Shown piece after piece: positions 19,522 through 28,853 of a stretch of 64,000 bases of DNA. The stretch is taken from contig CALMGJ010000020.1 in assembly GCA_937863565.1 (NCBI GenBank), positions 838 to 64,837 of the forward strand, written 5' to 3'. The notes under the pieces were generated by a model, which worked only from the letters and a program-made list of their open reading frames with translations, ran no database searches and was not told the origin of the DNA. Origin of the DNA: an uncultured bacterium (GTDB lineage Bacteria > AUK180). The position numbers and the translations under genes are program-made. How positions within the stretch are numbered: the first letter of the stretch is position 1; each line of letters starts with the position of its first letter.

Positions 19522-20890
19522 AATACTTGTTATCGACGACAATGAACCCATCAGGAAGATGATCAAGAGGATCTTCGAAGCGGAAGACTTCGATTTCAGG
19601 GAAGCGGATACTCTGAAAAAAGCCCACGGCCTTCTCGATAAAGAGATGTTCAATCTTATCATCACCGATCTGAAGCTGCCTGACGGCGAAGGATCGGAAG
19701 TCCTGGAAAGGCGCAATGCTAACCGGTGGAACAGTGAAGTGATCATCATAACGGCGTACGGCGACGTTGAAACGGCCGTGAGCGCCATGAAGGAAGGCGC
19801 TTTCGATTTCGTGATAAAACCGATCAATATCGATGAGTTCGAGGCAAGGGTCAAGAAGGCCCTCGAGCGCGTCAGTCTGAAGAAAGAGAACGAAGTGCTG
19901 AAGCAAACGATCAATTACATTGTCGACTCGGATCACGCCGACCTCGCGTTTTCCGACATCATAGGCCGGTCTTCCCAGATGGACGAGATCATTGAGCTTG
20001 TAAAAAGGGTGAGCCGGTCTTCCGCATCGGTCCTTATTACCGGGGAATCCGGCGTGGGAAAGGAATTGATCGCCCGGGCCATTCATTTCAATTCCGACAG
20101 GAAAGACAAGCCGTTCATCAAAGTAAACTGCGCGGTTTTTTCCGAGGGCATACTCGAGTCGGAGCTGTTCGGGCACGAAAAGGGAGCCTTCACGGGAGCA
20201 CTGCAAAAAAGACTGGGCAGATTCGAGATCGCTGACGGCGGCACTATATTCCTGGACGAGATCGGCGATCTGTCGCCTCACCTTCAGATAAAACTGCTTC
20301 AGGTTCTCCAGGAATACAATTTCGAGAGGGTGGGAGGGAATGAGGTCATCAAGGTAGATGTGAGGATCATTGCGGCTACGAACCAGGACCTTGCGGAGAA
20401 GATCAAACAGAAAACTTTCAGGGAGGACCTCTTCTACAGGATAAATGTCGTCCCTTTACATATTCCGCCTCTCAGAGAAAGGAAAAAGGATATAGAGGTG
20501 CTCACTGAGCATTTCATTTGCAAATACGCATCCCTGGCGTCCAAGGGGCCAATGAGGATAGACGGCAAAGTGATGGAGATACTGAAGGATTATGATTGGC
20601 CCGGGAATGTGAGGGAACTGGAACATGCCATTGAACGCATGGTGATATTAAGCCGCGGCGAAACGATCTCCGAAGCCGATATTCCAAGGGAGATATTCAA
20701 TCCCGAGCCGAAGAAACCGCAAAGCGACAATATTGACGGCGACCTGAAGAGCATCCTTGAAAATTTCGAAAAGGAAACGATAAGGTTCTATCTTGTGAAA
20801 TTCAATTTCGACAAGAACATCGTAGCGGCGAAACTGGGATTGAAGTTATCCACGCTGTATAATAAGATAGAGAAATACGGTCTTAAGTGA
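19514..20890 (+). CDS. sigma54-dependent response regulator (NtrC/AtoC family)
   Basis: REC domain, GESGVGKE, GAFTGA, FLDEIG, WPGNVREL, Fis-type HTH. Confidence 0.96.
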   Translation: MHRILVIDDNEPIRKMIKRIFEAEDFDFREADTLKKAHGLLDKEMFNLIITDLKLPDGEGSEVLERRNANRWNSEVIIITAYGDVETAVSAMKEGAFDFVIKPINIDEFEARVKKALERVSLKKENEVLKQTINYIVDSDHADLAFSDIIGRSSQMDEIIELVKRVSRSSASVLITGESGVGKELIARAIHFNSDRKDKPFIKVNCAVFSEGILESELFGHEKGAFTGALQKRLGRFEIADGGTIFLDEIGDLSPHLQIKLLQVLQEYNFERVGGNEVIKVDVRIIAATNQDLAEKIKQKTFREDLFYRINVVPLHIPPLRERKKDIEVLTEHFICKYASLASKGPMRIDGKVMEILKDYDWPGNVRELEHAIERMVILSRGETISEADIPREIFNPEPKKPQSDNIDGDLKSILENFEKETIRFYLVKFNFDKNIVAAKLGLKLSTLYNKIEKYGLK

Positions 20891-21612
20891 AAAAAGGCAT
20901 CGCAACCGCCTTACTGATACTTTTCCTTTTGGCGGTCGGCGCAGAAGATCATAAGGCGATCCTTGCCAGGATGAAGTCCAGGGAATCGGAGATACTCAAG
21001 ATAGAGAAATCGGAAAACGCCCTGATGACCAAACTCGAGAAGTTGGAAGGGCGGACGGATTTCCTTTCCAACAAAAGAAGGGAGGGTTATCTGAATAAGA
21101 TGAGCGCCCTGCAGCACAAGAAAGCCGAGAATAAAAAGATCTACGACGAGCTCAAAGCAAGATTGAGGACGGTGCTTCAGGACGATCTTGAGATAATGGA
21201 AAAAAGGATGTTCACCGTTCTGAAATCGGCGGATGCTTCGGAGATGCTCGTTTTCCTGGAGGAATTCTTCGACAAAAAGAACCTTTTTGATTTTTACTTT
21301 GACGAGAAAATTGATATAATAACGACAGAGGATGAGCCGGAGGATATCGTAAAAGCGAAACTCAAGCTCATCGGAGATAAGGTGAACACCTATAAGGACA
21401 GCATCGATAAGAGCCGAAAGATGATTAAGGATATTGAGGCACAGATAAAGTTCTTCAAAGACACGCAAATAGATATCCTGAGCGGAAGGACGCTGAGGAA
21501 CGAAACGATCGATTTCCTTGAGAAGATCGTAAGGTATCTCGAAAAAGACATCGAGAATAAGGAACGCCTTTCTGAATTCTACAAGGAACAGATGAGAAGA
21601 ATGGGGGGATAA
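20887..21612 (+). CDS. hypothetical exported coiled-coil protein
   Basis: Signal peptide followed by charged heptads; GTG start overlaps the upstream stop. Confidence 0.75.
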   Translation: MKKGIATALLILFLLAVGAEDHKAILARMKSRESEILKIEKSENALMTKLEKLEGRTDFLSNKRREGYLNKMSALQHKKAENKKIYDELKARLRTVLQDDLEIMEKRMFTVLKSADASEMLVFLEEFFDKKNLFDFYFDEKIDIITTEDEPEDIVKAKLKLIGDKVNTYKDSIDKSRKMIKDIEAQIKFFKDTQIDILSGRTLRNETIDFLEKIVRYLEKDIENKERLSEFYKEQMRRMGG

Positions 21613-21613
21613 G

Positions 21614-22276
21614 ATGAAGAAGCGTCTGCTGTTAATACTGTGTTCATTAATGCTTGCCGGGCCTTTTATTGTCCGGGCGGCCGATACGAAGGCCAAGAAC
21701 ATAATCCGTCGCGATGACATGCTGGACAATGAATTCCATGATTTCCTTGATAACGAGTATCTCGGTTCTTTCATTTTATCGGACAGGACACTCGGGATGA
21801 TCGCGACGATCAATGGCAATTCCTTCTATGTGAAGAGAATCAAGGACGCCGATAATTTCTGCCTGAAGATCATCGACATGGATACGGGACAGCAGCTGAC
21901 CACTCTTCCGTATTTCCGTATGGACCAGTTCTCGCTCGATCCTACCGGCAATTATTACGTGATAGAACTGGGGAATGGAGAGGTCATAGAGATCCCTATC
22001 TGGATGAGCGCCGCCGATATCGCGCAAGTCCTTGCCAATTACTCGGGTGTTCCCATCTATTACGGCGATCAGATAATCGGCGTGACCCTGTTCCTTACCG
22101 ACAGCATCCAACTTAGCCTTTTCAATCCGTTCTACGGCCTTTACAATGTCCAGTTCAAGAATCTGACCGATAAGATCTTCGAGAACATGAAGCTGGACCT
22201 CTTCTTTGATTCGGGTGCCGGCCTCATCTTTGAAAAGAAAAAGGAAAAAAACGAGAAGGAAGAAAAAAAGGAATGA
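21614..22276 (+). CDS. hypothetical exported protein
   Basis: Signal peptide ending VRA/AD; 1-nt gap from the upstream gene. Confidence 0.75.
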   Translation: MKKRLLLILCSLMLAGPFIVRAADTKAKNIIRRDDMLDNEFHDFLDNEYLGSFILSDRTLGMIATINGNSFYVKRIKDADNFCLKIIDMDTGQQLTTLPYFRMDQFSLDPTGNYYVIELGNGEVIEIPIWMSAADIAQVLANYSGVPIYYGDQIIGVTLFLTDSIQLSLFNPFYGLYNVQFKNLTDKIFENMKLDLFFDSGAGLIFEKKKEKNEKEEKKE

Positions 22277-23367
22277 ATAAGACCTCCGGACTGTTGATCG
22301 CGGCTTTATTGCTTTTTATATTAATGCCTCTTCAGGCCGAGCAGTCCTTCATCCTCATTAACGGATATGAGAAAACGCTTGCCCTTTACCAGAACGGATG
22401 GAAGATCAATATCGCGGATGAATTCAAGAGTTTCGATATCGATCTTTACCTTCTCAATATCAACCAGTTCACCAAGGAGAATAAATTCCTGTCCAGTTAT
22501 TTCACTTATGCGGGGATCGCCCGGGATATCGATCTCGGAACGAAAGACTACTTGAAATTCGAGCTCGTTCTGAAGAACGAGGACAATTACGATCCCCTGC
22601 TCTCATCTTCGAAAATAATGCTCAGGGAGAATTTCTATCATATCATCAATATCAACAATTACCTGAAATTCCAGCTCTTTCAGCAGTATGCCGATTTCAC
22701 TAATACGGATATCCTCGATTTCTACAGGTTGGGATTGTTCGGGAAGGTCCTTAAAAGGGCGTCCGCGGCGGATTCTATTTTCTCCAGCGCGCAGATTTTG
22801 TACACATACCTGCCTAAGTGGCGGGGAAGTGTAGACGAGGCCGGCGAGAAAAGGCACGACTTCACGGGCACCGTATTCGTATCATTCTCCAGATATCTTA
22901 GCCGGAACTTCATATTGGACATGAAATATCAGATGATATTCAACACATCATCCTCGAAAGCAGGGCAGATTGACATCAAATACTATCAGCTGGAATTGCC
23001 CGGGGATGAAGATGCTCCGGCTGTCGCATACGATTATTATGATTATTTCCTTCACGCCCTCTCATTTGAGTTCGTCCGATATCTCAGTTCGCGCTTTTTT
23101 GTCAAGATCCTCTTTAAATTCGAAAGCAAGGAATATTCGGAACGGAAAGCGTACAGAGAGGACGGGACGCTGAAAAGCGAACTGGAACGCGATTTCAATA
23201 TGATCAGCAGTCTCCTTTTCATCCTGAAGGACATTCCCGTGAAACATATCAATGCTTTTATCGAACTGAAGTATGAAAATAAGAGTTCAAATAATGAATT
23301 TGAAGGCTATTTCTACTACAATGTCAGGAAGCTCTACTTAAACCTGAATCTTCTGTACAATTTCTGA
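22273..23367 (+). CDS. putative outer-membrane beta-barrel protein
   Basis: Signal peptide, alternating aromatic/hydrophobic strands, C-terminal LNLNLLYNF (terminal Phe). Confidence 0.6.
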   Translation: MNKTSGLLIAALLLFILMPLQAEQSFILINGYEKTLALYQNGWKINIADEFKSFDIDLYLLNINQFTKENKFLSSYFTYAGIARDIDLGTKDYLKFELVLKNEDNYDPLLSSSKIMLRENFYHIININNYLKFQLFQQYADFTNTDILDFYRLGLFGKVLKRASAADSIFSSAQILYTYLPKWRGSVDEAGEKRHDFTGTVFVSFSRYLSRNFILDMKYQMIFNTSSSKAGQIDIKYYQLELPGDEDAPAVAYDYYDYFLHALSFEFVRYLSSRFFVKILFKFESKEYSERKAYREDGTLKSELERDFNMISSLLFILKDIPVKHINAFIELKYENKSSNNEFEGYFYYNVRKLYLNLNLLYNF

Positions 23368-23386
23368 TCGATTTCTGAAAAATTAC

Positions 23387-23415
23387 TTGAAAAAATGGTA
23401 AAAATCCTTTATAAT
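23387..23415 (+). promoter_or_regulatory. sigma70 promoter of the por-mgl-mnmA operon
   Basis: TTGAAA-17-TATAAT; GGAGG SD at 23435-23439. Confidence 0.75.
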
Positions 23416-23446
23416 GTTAAATAAATTTTATCATGGAGGCATAGTT

Positions 23447-24022
23447 ATGTCGAAGGTCTTTGAAATAACATGGTACGGAAGAGGCGGGCTCGGCGCCAAA
23501 ACGGGAGCGATCCTGCTTGCCGATGCCGCTATCGCCGCAGATAAATACGTTCAAGCGTTCCCCGAGTACGGTCCCGAAAGACAGGGCGCCCCTCTTAAGG
23601 TCTATAACAGGATATCGGACGATCCGATCAGGCTTCATACGGCCGTTACCGAACCCAATTTCATCATCGTAATAGATCCTTCCCTTCTCGAGAACATCAA
23701 TTTCGAGGATGAGCTGAAAGAGGACGGGATGATACTCGTCAATACGGATAAGAATGTGGACGAGATAAAAAAACGGATGAAGACGGGGAAGAAGAATTTC
23801 AAGATATACGCCCTGGATGCGACTGCTATCTCTATGAAGCATCTCGGAAAGAATATACCCAATATCGCCATTTTAGGAGGATTTGCAAAGATCACCGGAC
23901 TTATCCGGCTCGACGAGATAAAAAAACACCTTCATGCCAAACTAATCACGAAATACGGTGAAGACATCATAAAGAAGAACGTGCTCGCACTTGAAAGCGC
24001 ATACGAGGAGGTCAAACAGTGA
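23447..24022 (+). CDS. porG: pyruvate/2-oxoacid:ferredoxin oxidoreductase gamma subunit
   Basis: GRGG.G.KT, FPEYGPERQGAP; SD-supported start at 23447. Confidence 0.93.
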   Translation: MSKVFEITWYGRGGLGAKTGAILLADAAIAADKYVQAFPEYGPERQGAPLKVYNRISDDPIRLHTAVTEPNFIIVIDPSLLENINFEDELKEDGMILVNTDKNVDEIKKRMKTGKKNFKIYALDATAISMKHLGKNIPNIAILGGFAKITGLIRLDEIKKHLHAKLITKYGEDIIKKNVLALESAYEEVKQ

Positions 24023-24306
24023 AGGAACAGAAGAAATCCTGGAATGAGCTGCCGATAGGCGGAAGCATACTCGAAGCGGGCAACTCCAAGAACTATTTCA
24101 CCGGTACATGGAGAACGTTCAAACCCGTCCATAATGCAAAACTTTGCATAAACTGCTATTTTTGCTGGATGCATTGCCCGGACGATTCTATTGTGATCGA
24201 GAACGGTAAAGTCACAGGTATGGACCTGGATCACTGCAAGGGCTGCGGCGTATGCGCCGAGGTTTGCCCCAAGAAAGCGATAACGATGGAAAAAGAGGAG
24301 AAGTAA
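24019..24306 (+). CDS. porD: pyruvate:ferredoxin oxidoreductase delta subunit (2x4Fe-4S)
   Basis: TGTWRTFKP, CINCYFCWMHCP, CKGCGVCAEVCP. Confidence 0.95.
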   Translation: MKEQKKSWNELPIGGSILEAGNSKNYFTGTWRTFKPVHNAKLCINCYFCWMHCPDDSIVIENGKVTGMDLDHCKGCGVCAEVCPKKAITMEKEEK

Positions 24307-24307
24307 T

Positions 24308-25492
24308 ATGTCATCCGGCAGATTCATAGCTGTTGACGGCGCCGATACGGCGGCTTTCGCCATGAAGCAGATCGATCCCGATGTCGTAGCGGCATACCCC
24401 ATTACACCGCAGACTGAGATCGTGATGAAATTCTCCGAATATGTAGCCAACGGTGAAGTAAAGACCAGATATGTGACCGTAGAATCCGAACACTCTGCGA
24501 TGTCGGCATGCGTTGCGGCCGCCGCGGCCGGTGCGAGGGCGATGACGGCAACTGCTGCAAACGGCCTGGCACTGATGTGGGAGATACTCTACATAGCTGC
24601 AAGTTACCGCCTTCCTATAATCATGGGCGTTGCAAACAGAGCCCTTTCCGGACCCATCAACATTCACGGAGATCATTCCGACGCGATGGGCGCAAGGGAT
24701 TCCGGCTGGGTGCAGCTTTATTCCGAGAACAATCAGGAAGTATACGATAACTATATCATGGCCCTGAAGATTGCAGAACATAAGGATGTCATGCTTCCCG
24801 TCATGGTCAATCAGGACGGGTTCATCACTTCCCATTCTGTCGAGAACGTCGAACCTCTCACCGATGAGCAGGTGCGGGATTATATCGGCAAGAAGCCTGC
24901 GCATTTCAAAGGGCTTCTCACTTACGGCAAACCTGTTACGATAGGCCCGCTCGATCTTCAGGATTACTATTTCGAGCATAAGATGCAGCAGCATACGGCT
25001 ATGCAGAAAGTCCTTCCCGTGATAAAGGAAGTACAGGAAGATTATTTTAAAAAGTTCAACAGAAAGTACGAGATCATAGAGAAATACAAAGCGGATGATG
25101 CAGAAATGGTGATAGTCGGGATGAACTCCGTCATGGGGACCGTTAAGGACCTCGTTGACGAACTCAGGGAGAAAGGCGTGAAGATAGGGGCAATAAAACC
25201 GAGAGTGTTCAGGCCTTTCCCGAAAAATGAGATCGCGGACATACTGAAAAACTTCAAGGCGGTCGCGATCCTGGACAGAGCGGATTCGTTCGGTTCATTT
25301 GCGCCCCTTTATGCCGAAACATTGGCCGCAATGTATAAATTCGAAAAGAGGCCTTATATTAGAAGTTATATACACGGCCTTGGCGGAAGAGATACGACGA
25401 TGGAGCTTCTGGGCACCGTCGCAAACGATCTGATCAAGATGAAAGATTCCGGCGAAGGGCATCTTTCCGAAGCTTATTTAGGCGTGAGATAG
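24308..25492 (+). CDS. porA: pyruvate:ferredoxin oxidoreductase alpha subunit
   Basis: AYPITPQT, ESEHSA, NRALS.P, GLGGRD. Confidence 0.95.
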   Translation: MSSGRFIAVDGADTAAFAMKQIDPDVVAAYPITPQTEIVMKFSEYVANGEVKTRYVTVESEHSAMSACVAAAAAGARAMTATAANGLALMWEILYIAASYRLPIIMGVANRALSGPINIHGDHSDAMGARDSGWVQLYSENNQEVYDNYIMALKIAEHKDVMLPVMVNQDGFITSHSVENVEPLTDEQVRDYIGKKPAHFKGLLTYGKPVTIGPLDLQDYYFEHKMQQHTAMQKVLPVIKEVQEDYFKKFNRKYEIIEKYKADDAEMVIVGMNSVMGTVKDLVDELREKGVKIGAIKPRVFRPFPKNEIADILKNFKAVAILDRADSFGSFAPLYAETLAAMYKFEKRPYIRSYIHGLGGRDTTMELLGTVANDLIKMKDSGEGHLSEAYLGVR

Positions 25493-25502
25493 GAGGCGGG
25501 TT

Positions 25503-26456
25503 ATGGCATTTCTATTGAAAGACCTTATAAAAAAACAGGCCCCTTTAGCAAGCGGACACAGAATGTGCGCAGGCTGTCCCGCACCTGTTATAGTAAAACA
25601 GGTGCTGATGAGCACGGATCATCCGAAAGTATGTACGAACGCTACGGGCTGTCTTGAAGTTGCAACGACCATATTCCCCTTCACCTCATGGAAAGTTCCC
25701 TGGCTTCACATCGCGTTCGAGAACTCGGCCGCTGCGGTATCCGGCGTAGAGGCTGCATATCACGGACTGGCAAATAAGGGAGAACTCCCCGAGGATATGA
25801 AGAACGCCAAATTCATCGCTTTCGGCGGCGACGGCGGCACATACGATATCGGCATTCAGGCTTTATCCGGAGCCCTGGAAAGAGGTCACAATATGCTTTA
25901 TGTCTGCTATGACAATGAAGGATATATGAACACCGGCATCCAGCGCTCTTCAGCGACGCCTATCGGAGCGAATACAACTACCACCCCCGTAGGATCGCAG
26001 AGCTACGGTAAAAGGGAGATCCGCAAAGACCTGCTTTCCATCGTTGTAGCGCATCATATCCCGTATGCCGCGACATGTGCGCCCCATGACTGGATGGACG
26101 GTATGAAAAAATCCCAAAAGGCCATTGAGACCGAGGGGCCTGCTTTCCTGAATTATTTCTCGCCGTGCATACCCGGATGGAAGATCCCGGCCGATGCCTG
26201 GAGAAAGCTGAGCGAATTAGCCGTAAAGACCTGCTTCTGGCCGCTTATCGAAGTGGAGAACGGAAAATGGAGTCTGACCGGTGAATCGAAACGCATAGCG
26301 GACGGCAAGGCCGAGAAAGTGCCCGCAGTGGAATTTATGAAGAATCAGGGCAGGTTCAAACACCTCTTCACGCAGAAAAAGGACGATGTCCTGGCTTTGA
26401 TACAGGCCGATATTGACAGAAGCTGGGATTTCTACAGGAAGATGGCGGGGTACTGA
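25503..26456 (+). CDS. porB: pyruvate:ferredoxin oxidoreductase beta subunit
   Basis: GH.MCAGC, TPP motif GGDGG...DNEGYMNTG, SPCIPGW. Confidence 0.95.
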   Translation: MAFLLKDLIKKQAPLASGHRMCAGCPAPVIVKQVLMSTDHPKVCTNATGCLEVATTIFPFTSWKVPWLHIAFENSAAAVSGVEAAYHGLANKGELPEDMKNAKFIAFGGDGGTYDIGIQALSGALERGHNMLYVCYDNEGYMNTGIQRSSATPIGANTTTTPVGSQSYGKREIRKDLLSIVVAHHIPYAATCAPHDWMDGMKKSQKAIETEGPAFLNYFSPCIPGWKIPADAWRKLSELAVKTCFWPLIEVENGKWSLTGESKRIADGKAEKVPAVEFMKNQGRFKHLFTQKKDDVLALIQADIDRSWDFYRKMAGY

Positions 26457-26465
26457 TATTAAGAT

Positions 26466-27053
26466 ATGAAGCTTTCGCAGATCGGCGGCAGGATCGAAGA
26501 GATCAATCATAAAATAAACGATTTTATCGCCGAAGTCCAGGCTCTTTGCGCTATCGTATGCGATATGGGCGGGGAGATCCTGACAACTCAGGGCGATACC
26601 GGTATGCTTGATTTCGTTAATATCGCCGCTATGGCCGCAGGGAGCTTTGCCACTACAAAAGGCATCGCCAATCTGCTCGGCCAGAAGGAATTCTCGCTTC
26701 TGTTCCATCAGGGCACAAAGAACAATATCCTGATCTCCAATATTGAGAATTTCTCGATCATTATCATCGTATTTGACAATAATTCGATCCTCGGGGTAGT
26801 GAAGCAGAAAACGACCGAGCTCAAGGACCAGTTAAAGGTCGTTTTCGAAGATATAGTGAAGGGTCAGGGGATCATCATAAAGAAGGCGAAGATATTTGAA
26901 GAAAGGGGGCCTGCCGCCCAGCCTGCGGCCGAACCTGCTAAAAAGGAACCCGAGAAGAAACCTGAAGAAAAACCGCAGGAAAAGCCGAAAGACGGGAAGA
27001 AGAAGTTTGACTTCGATTCTCTGATGGTCGATGATCTGGACGATCTCTTTTAA
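26466..27053 (+). CDS. mglB: Roadblock/LC7 protein, MglB paralogue 1
   Basis: AAM.AG.FA....IA.LLG.KEF...FHQG; P/K/E linker; acidic C-terminal DDLDDLF helix. Confidence 0.85.
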   Translation: MKLSQIGGRIEEINHKINDFIAEVQALCAIVCDMGGEILTTQGDTGMLDFVNIAAMAAGSFATTKGIANLLGQKEFSLLFHQGTKNNILISNIENFSIIIIVFDNNSILGVVKQKTTELKDQLKVVFEDIVKGQGIIIKKAKIFEERGPAAQPAAEPAKKEPEKKPEEKPQEKPKDGKKKFDFDSLMVDDLDDLF

Positions 27054-27067
27054 ATGAGGGTAGTACT

Positions 27068-27655
27068 ATGACGATGATCAACTACGCAAAAAAAGAGATC
27101 ATATGCAAAGTAGTCTACTACGGGCCCGGGCTTTGCGGAAAGACTACGAATCTAAAATTCATTTATGACAATATCATGGGCCAGTACAAAGGGAAGATGA
27201 TCGCCCTTGCCACAGAATCGGAAAGGACGCTTTTTTTCGATTTCCTCCCTCTCGATTTCGGGAAGATCAAGAATTTCAATGCTAAATTCCAGCTGTACAC
27301 TGTTCCGGGACAGGCATATTATACGAACAGCAGAAAACTTATTCTGAAGGGAGCAGACGGTGTCGTTTTCGTAGCGGATTCCCAGACCGACAGGTTCGAG
27401 GAGAACAAGGAATCGCTCAAAGACCTTGCCGTCAATTTGAGGGAGCAGGGGTTGGACATCAGGAAGATCCCTCTCGTACTTCAGTGGAATAAGAGGGACC
27501 TTCCCAATATCGTCCCTATCCAGACACTCGAAGAAACCCTGAATTTCAGAAAGGTTCCGACATTCGAAGCTGTTGCCGCAAAAGGGATAGGTGTTTTCGA
27601 GACGCTGAAGACCATCGTGAAAATGGTCTTCGTGAGCCTCGGGGGTCAGGGTTAA
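27068..27655 (+). CDS. mglA: MglA small Ras-like GTPase
   Basis: YYGPGLCGKTTN, RTLFFDFLP, YTVPGQ, NKRDLP, as in group-1 MglA. Confidence 0.96.
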   Translation: MTMINYAKKEIICKVVYYGPGLCGKTTNLKFIYDNIMGQYKGKMIALATESERTLFFDFLPLDFGKIKNFNAKFQLYTVPGQAYYTNSRKLILKGADGVVFVADSQTDRFEENKESLKDLAVNLREQGLDIRKIPLVLQWNKRDLPNIVPIQTLEETLNFRKVPTFEAVAAKGIGVFETLKTIVKMVFVSLGGQG

Positions 27656-27658
27656 ATC

Positions 27659-28129
27659 ATGTTCAAAGGCAATAAAGTACTACAACCTGAAGATCTTGAC
27701 AAGATCAACGATATCATAGAGAAGCTCAAGGTTCAGACAAAGGCGCTCGTGATCCTTGTCGTTGACGATACCGGGCAGCTCATTGCGAACACCGAGAGCG
27801 ATCCTTCGATAGATCCGATCCTCCTGGGCACGCTTACCGCAGGTAATTTCGGAGCGACCAATGAGCTGGCAAAGCTTATCGGGGAAGCCGATTTCACGCT
27901 TGTTCTGCATGAGGGAAATAAAGAGAACATTCATATGCTCGCCATCGGTGAATGCGGGATTCTTGTCGTGATCTTCAACAACACCACTCCCATAGGCCTC
28001 ATCAGGATGTATTCGCAGAAGACGACGAAGGAACTTCTGCCGATACTCGAGAAAATGCAGCAGGAAAAGGAAAAGAAAAAGACCGACCTGCCTTCCGATG
28101 AGGACTTGAACAACCTGTTCAACTGGTAA
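27659..28129 (+). CDS. mglB: Roadblock/LC7 protein, MglB paralogue 2
   Basis: VDDTGQLI, LTAGNFGA..ELAKLIGE, HEG, C-terminal SDEDLNNLF. Confidence 0.9.
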   Translation: MFKGNKVLQPEDLDKINDIIEKLKVQTKALVILVVDDTGQLIANTESDPSIDPILLGTLTAGNFGATNELAKLIGEADFTLVLHEGNKENIHMLAIGECGILVVIFNNTTPIGLIRMYSQKTTKELLPILEKMQQEKEKKKTDLPSDEDLNNLFNW

Positions 28130-28130
28130 A

Positions 28131-28853
28131 ATGAGTTTCATCGGAGTGCTGGATGATCTTACTTTCTCCGAGGTCCTTCAGTTGCTTCATCTCGAGCAGA
28201 AGACGGGGACACTTAATATCTGGAATCAGGTCGACGGCAAAAAGATCATTTTCAAGGAAGGTAATATCCTTTTCGCCGGGAGTATGGAAAAGGACGAGAA
28301 GCTCGGAGATATTCTCGTAGCATCCAAGGTCATCAACGACTCTCAGATCCGCGAAGCCCTCAGGGTCCAGCGTGAATTAAGGGGCGCGAAAAGGGTCGGC
28401 GACATCCTGAAGGATAAATACGGAGTAACGGAAAGCGATATTCAAAAGGGGCTGAATGAATTCATGTGCGAATCGATCTTCTCCATCTTCTCATGGGATG
28501 AGGGTGATTTCAATTTCAGCAATGAAATGGAAAGAAGAGAGGAGCAGATCCCCTTCCCTCTCAATATTTCGATAGAGAACATAATCATGGAAGGTTCCCG
28601 AAGGATCGATGAGACTGGAAAGATAATGAAGGAGATCCCCGATATGAATTCTATCCTCAAACTCAATGTCGAACTGGAAGGCATCGAGAACATCAATCTT
28701 CACCCGGATGAATGGAAAGTGCTTTCCCTTGTTGACGACAACAAGAAGATAGACGACCTCAGGATACTTACGGGATATACCGAATTCCAGCTTCTCAAAA
28801 TCATCTTCTCGCTCAAGAACGCACATATCATAGTTCTGGAGAAGAACAAATAA
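28131..28853 (+). CDS. DUF4388 (PATAN-like) domain protein
   Basis: G.L.D....EVLQLL....KTG.L, KLGDILV, W.EG.F.F, IIMEG.RR.DE. Confidence 0.88.
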   Translation: MSFIGVLDDLTFSEVLQLLHLEQKTGTLNIWNQVDGKKIIFKEGNILFAGSMEKDEKLGDILVASKVINDSQIREALRVQRELRGAKRVGDILKDKYGVTESDIQKGLNEFMCESIFSIFSWDEGDFNFSNEMERREEQIPFPLNISIENIIMEGSRRIDETGKIMKEIPDMNSILKLNVELEGIENINLHPDEWKVLSLVDDNKKIDDLRILTGYTEFQLLKIIFSLKNAHIIVLEKNK

